The notes beneath the pieces were generated by a model, which saw only the letters and a program-made list of their open reading frames with translations, was not told where the DNA came from and did no database searches. This document shows positions 24,488 through 24,892 of a stretch of 24,892 nucleotides of DNA, piece by piece. The stretch covers positions 1 to 24,892 of IMG/VR virus record IMGVR_UViG_3300020458_000018, one strand, 5' to 3'. Each line of letters opens with the position of its first letter. Within the stretch, counting starts at the first letter, position 1. The position numbers and the translations under genes were made by a program. Origin of the DNA: a virus (lineage: Duplodnaviria; Caudoviricetes).

Positions 24488-24726
24488 TGCGCGCACCTCA
24501 TCTCGGCTGGCGGCGTATTCGACAGCAACACGTGGCTGACACCAGAGGCGAAGCTAGCGCCCAGCACGAACGCAAGCATGGTGAGCAGTACGCCGATCAG
24601 CAGCCCTTTGAGGTACGGCCGCATTTGCTGCCACAGCCATGCCCTGAGCCACATCCAGCGGAAATCGTCGCCTTGTCTGAAAAGACCAATCAGCTCTGCA
24701 AACGTGAGGTTTACTTCTCTTTTCAC
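24484..24726 (-). CDS. Small single-TM hypothetical protein inside the lysis cassette (80 aa)
   Basis: GTG overlaps the endolysin stop, GAGG upstream, stop overlaps the i-spanin ATG; TM 'GLLIGVLLTMLAFVLGASFA'. Confidence 0.7.
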   Translation of the reverse strand: MKREVNLTFAELIGLFRQGDDFRWMWLRAWLWQQMRPYLKGLLIGVLLTMLAFVLGASFASGVSHVLLSNTPPAEMRCAQ

Positions 24727-24892
24727 AGCTGATACCTCTCAGCACACACACCCGGCCCCCAGCCTGCAGCCACATACAGCGGCTCCCAGCGAGTGAGGAT
24801 GTTGCGGGGATAGTTGCGGTTCTCGCGGAAGTTGGCAGCCGAGCGGCCTGCGTTGTACCGCTCGACAGAATTGAACCAGGTCAGCGGGTCGG
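24723..24892 (-). CDS. Endolysin, lytic transglycosylase (SLT) type, C-terminal part (partial)
   Basis: Hand translation DPLTWFNSVERYNAGRSAANFRENRNYPRNILTRWEPLYVAAGWGPGVCAERYQL*; the 'ENRNYPRNI' motif resembles the SLT ET..YV..I motif; upstream of the spanins. Confidence 0.8.
   Translation of the reverse strand, partial: DPLTWFNSVERYNAGRSAANFRENRNYPRNILTRWEPLYVAAGWGPGVCAERYQL

Larger units (their letters stand above)
693..24892 (-). mobile_element. Mu-like transposable prophage with non-contractile tail (D3112/B3-like organisation), late region and right end; continues beyond the window
   Basis: Contiguous, co-oriented Mu gp25-gp37-type head genes, siphovirus tail genes, com-methylase cassette and a TG-initiated Mu-like end. 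Confidence 0.95.

Noticed and set aside
1-24892. CRISPR array, tRNA/rRNA, IS element or anti-CRISPR gene
   Set aside because: No regularly spaced repeats, canonical cloverleaf, transposase or acr/aca-like ORF was recognised by eye.

Overview
Bases 1-692 are host chromosome of a high-GC proteobacterium (Pseudomonas-like by gene style, not proven): the end of an ABC permease and a zinc-dependent nucleoside/nucleobase deaminase. From about 693 to the window end lies the right-hand (late) half of an apparently intact Mu-like transposable prophage with a siphovirus-type tail (D3112/B3-like organisation), all on the minus strand. Gene order: endolysin (partial), small membrane protein, i/o-spanins, gp25, gp26, terminases, portal, MuF-PBECR, gpG, protease/scaffold, decoration protein, major capsid, connectors, tail tube, frameshifted G/GT chaperones, tape measure, tail-tip genes, a 1084-aa tail protein with two added carbohydrate-binding-type domains, com plus an adenine methyltransferase, a terminal accessory gene, and a Mu-like right end beginning TG at 693. 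The most interesting unexplained structure is non-coding: (1) a convergently promoted two-hairpin kissing-loop RNA abutting the stop codon of the MuF-PBECR nuclease-fold gene, a candidate RNA-antitoxin/partner system; (2) a Com-type translational switch on the methyltransferase plus a multi-stem antisense RNA upstream; (3) two copies of a late-promoter motif with identical spacing; (4) a prophage end that completes a host hairpin. Family assignments come from motif recognition and synteny, not database searches.
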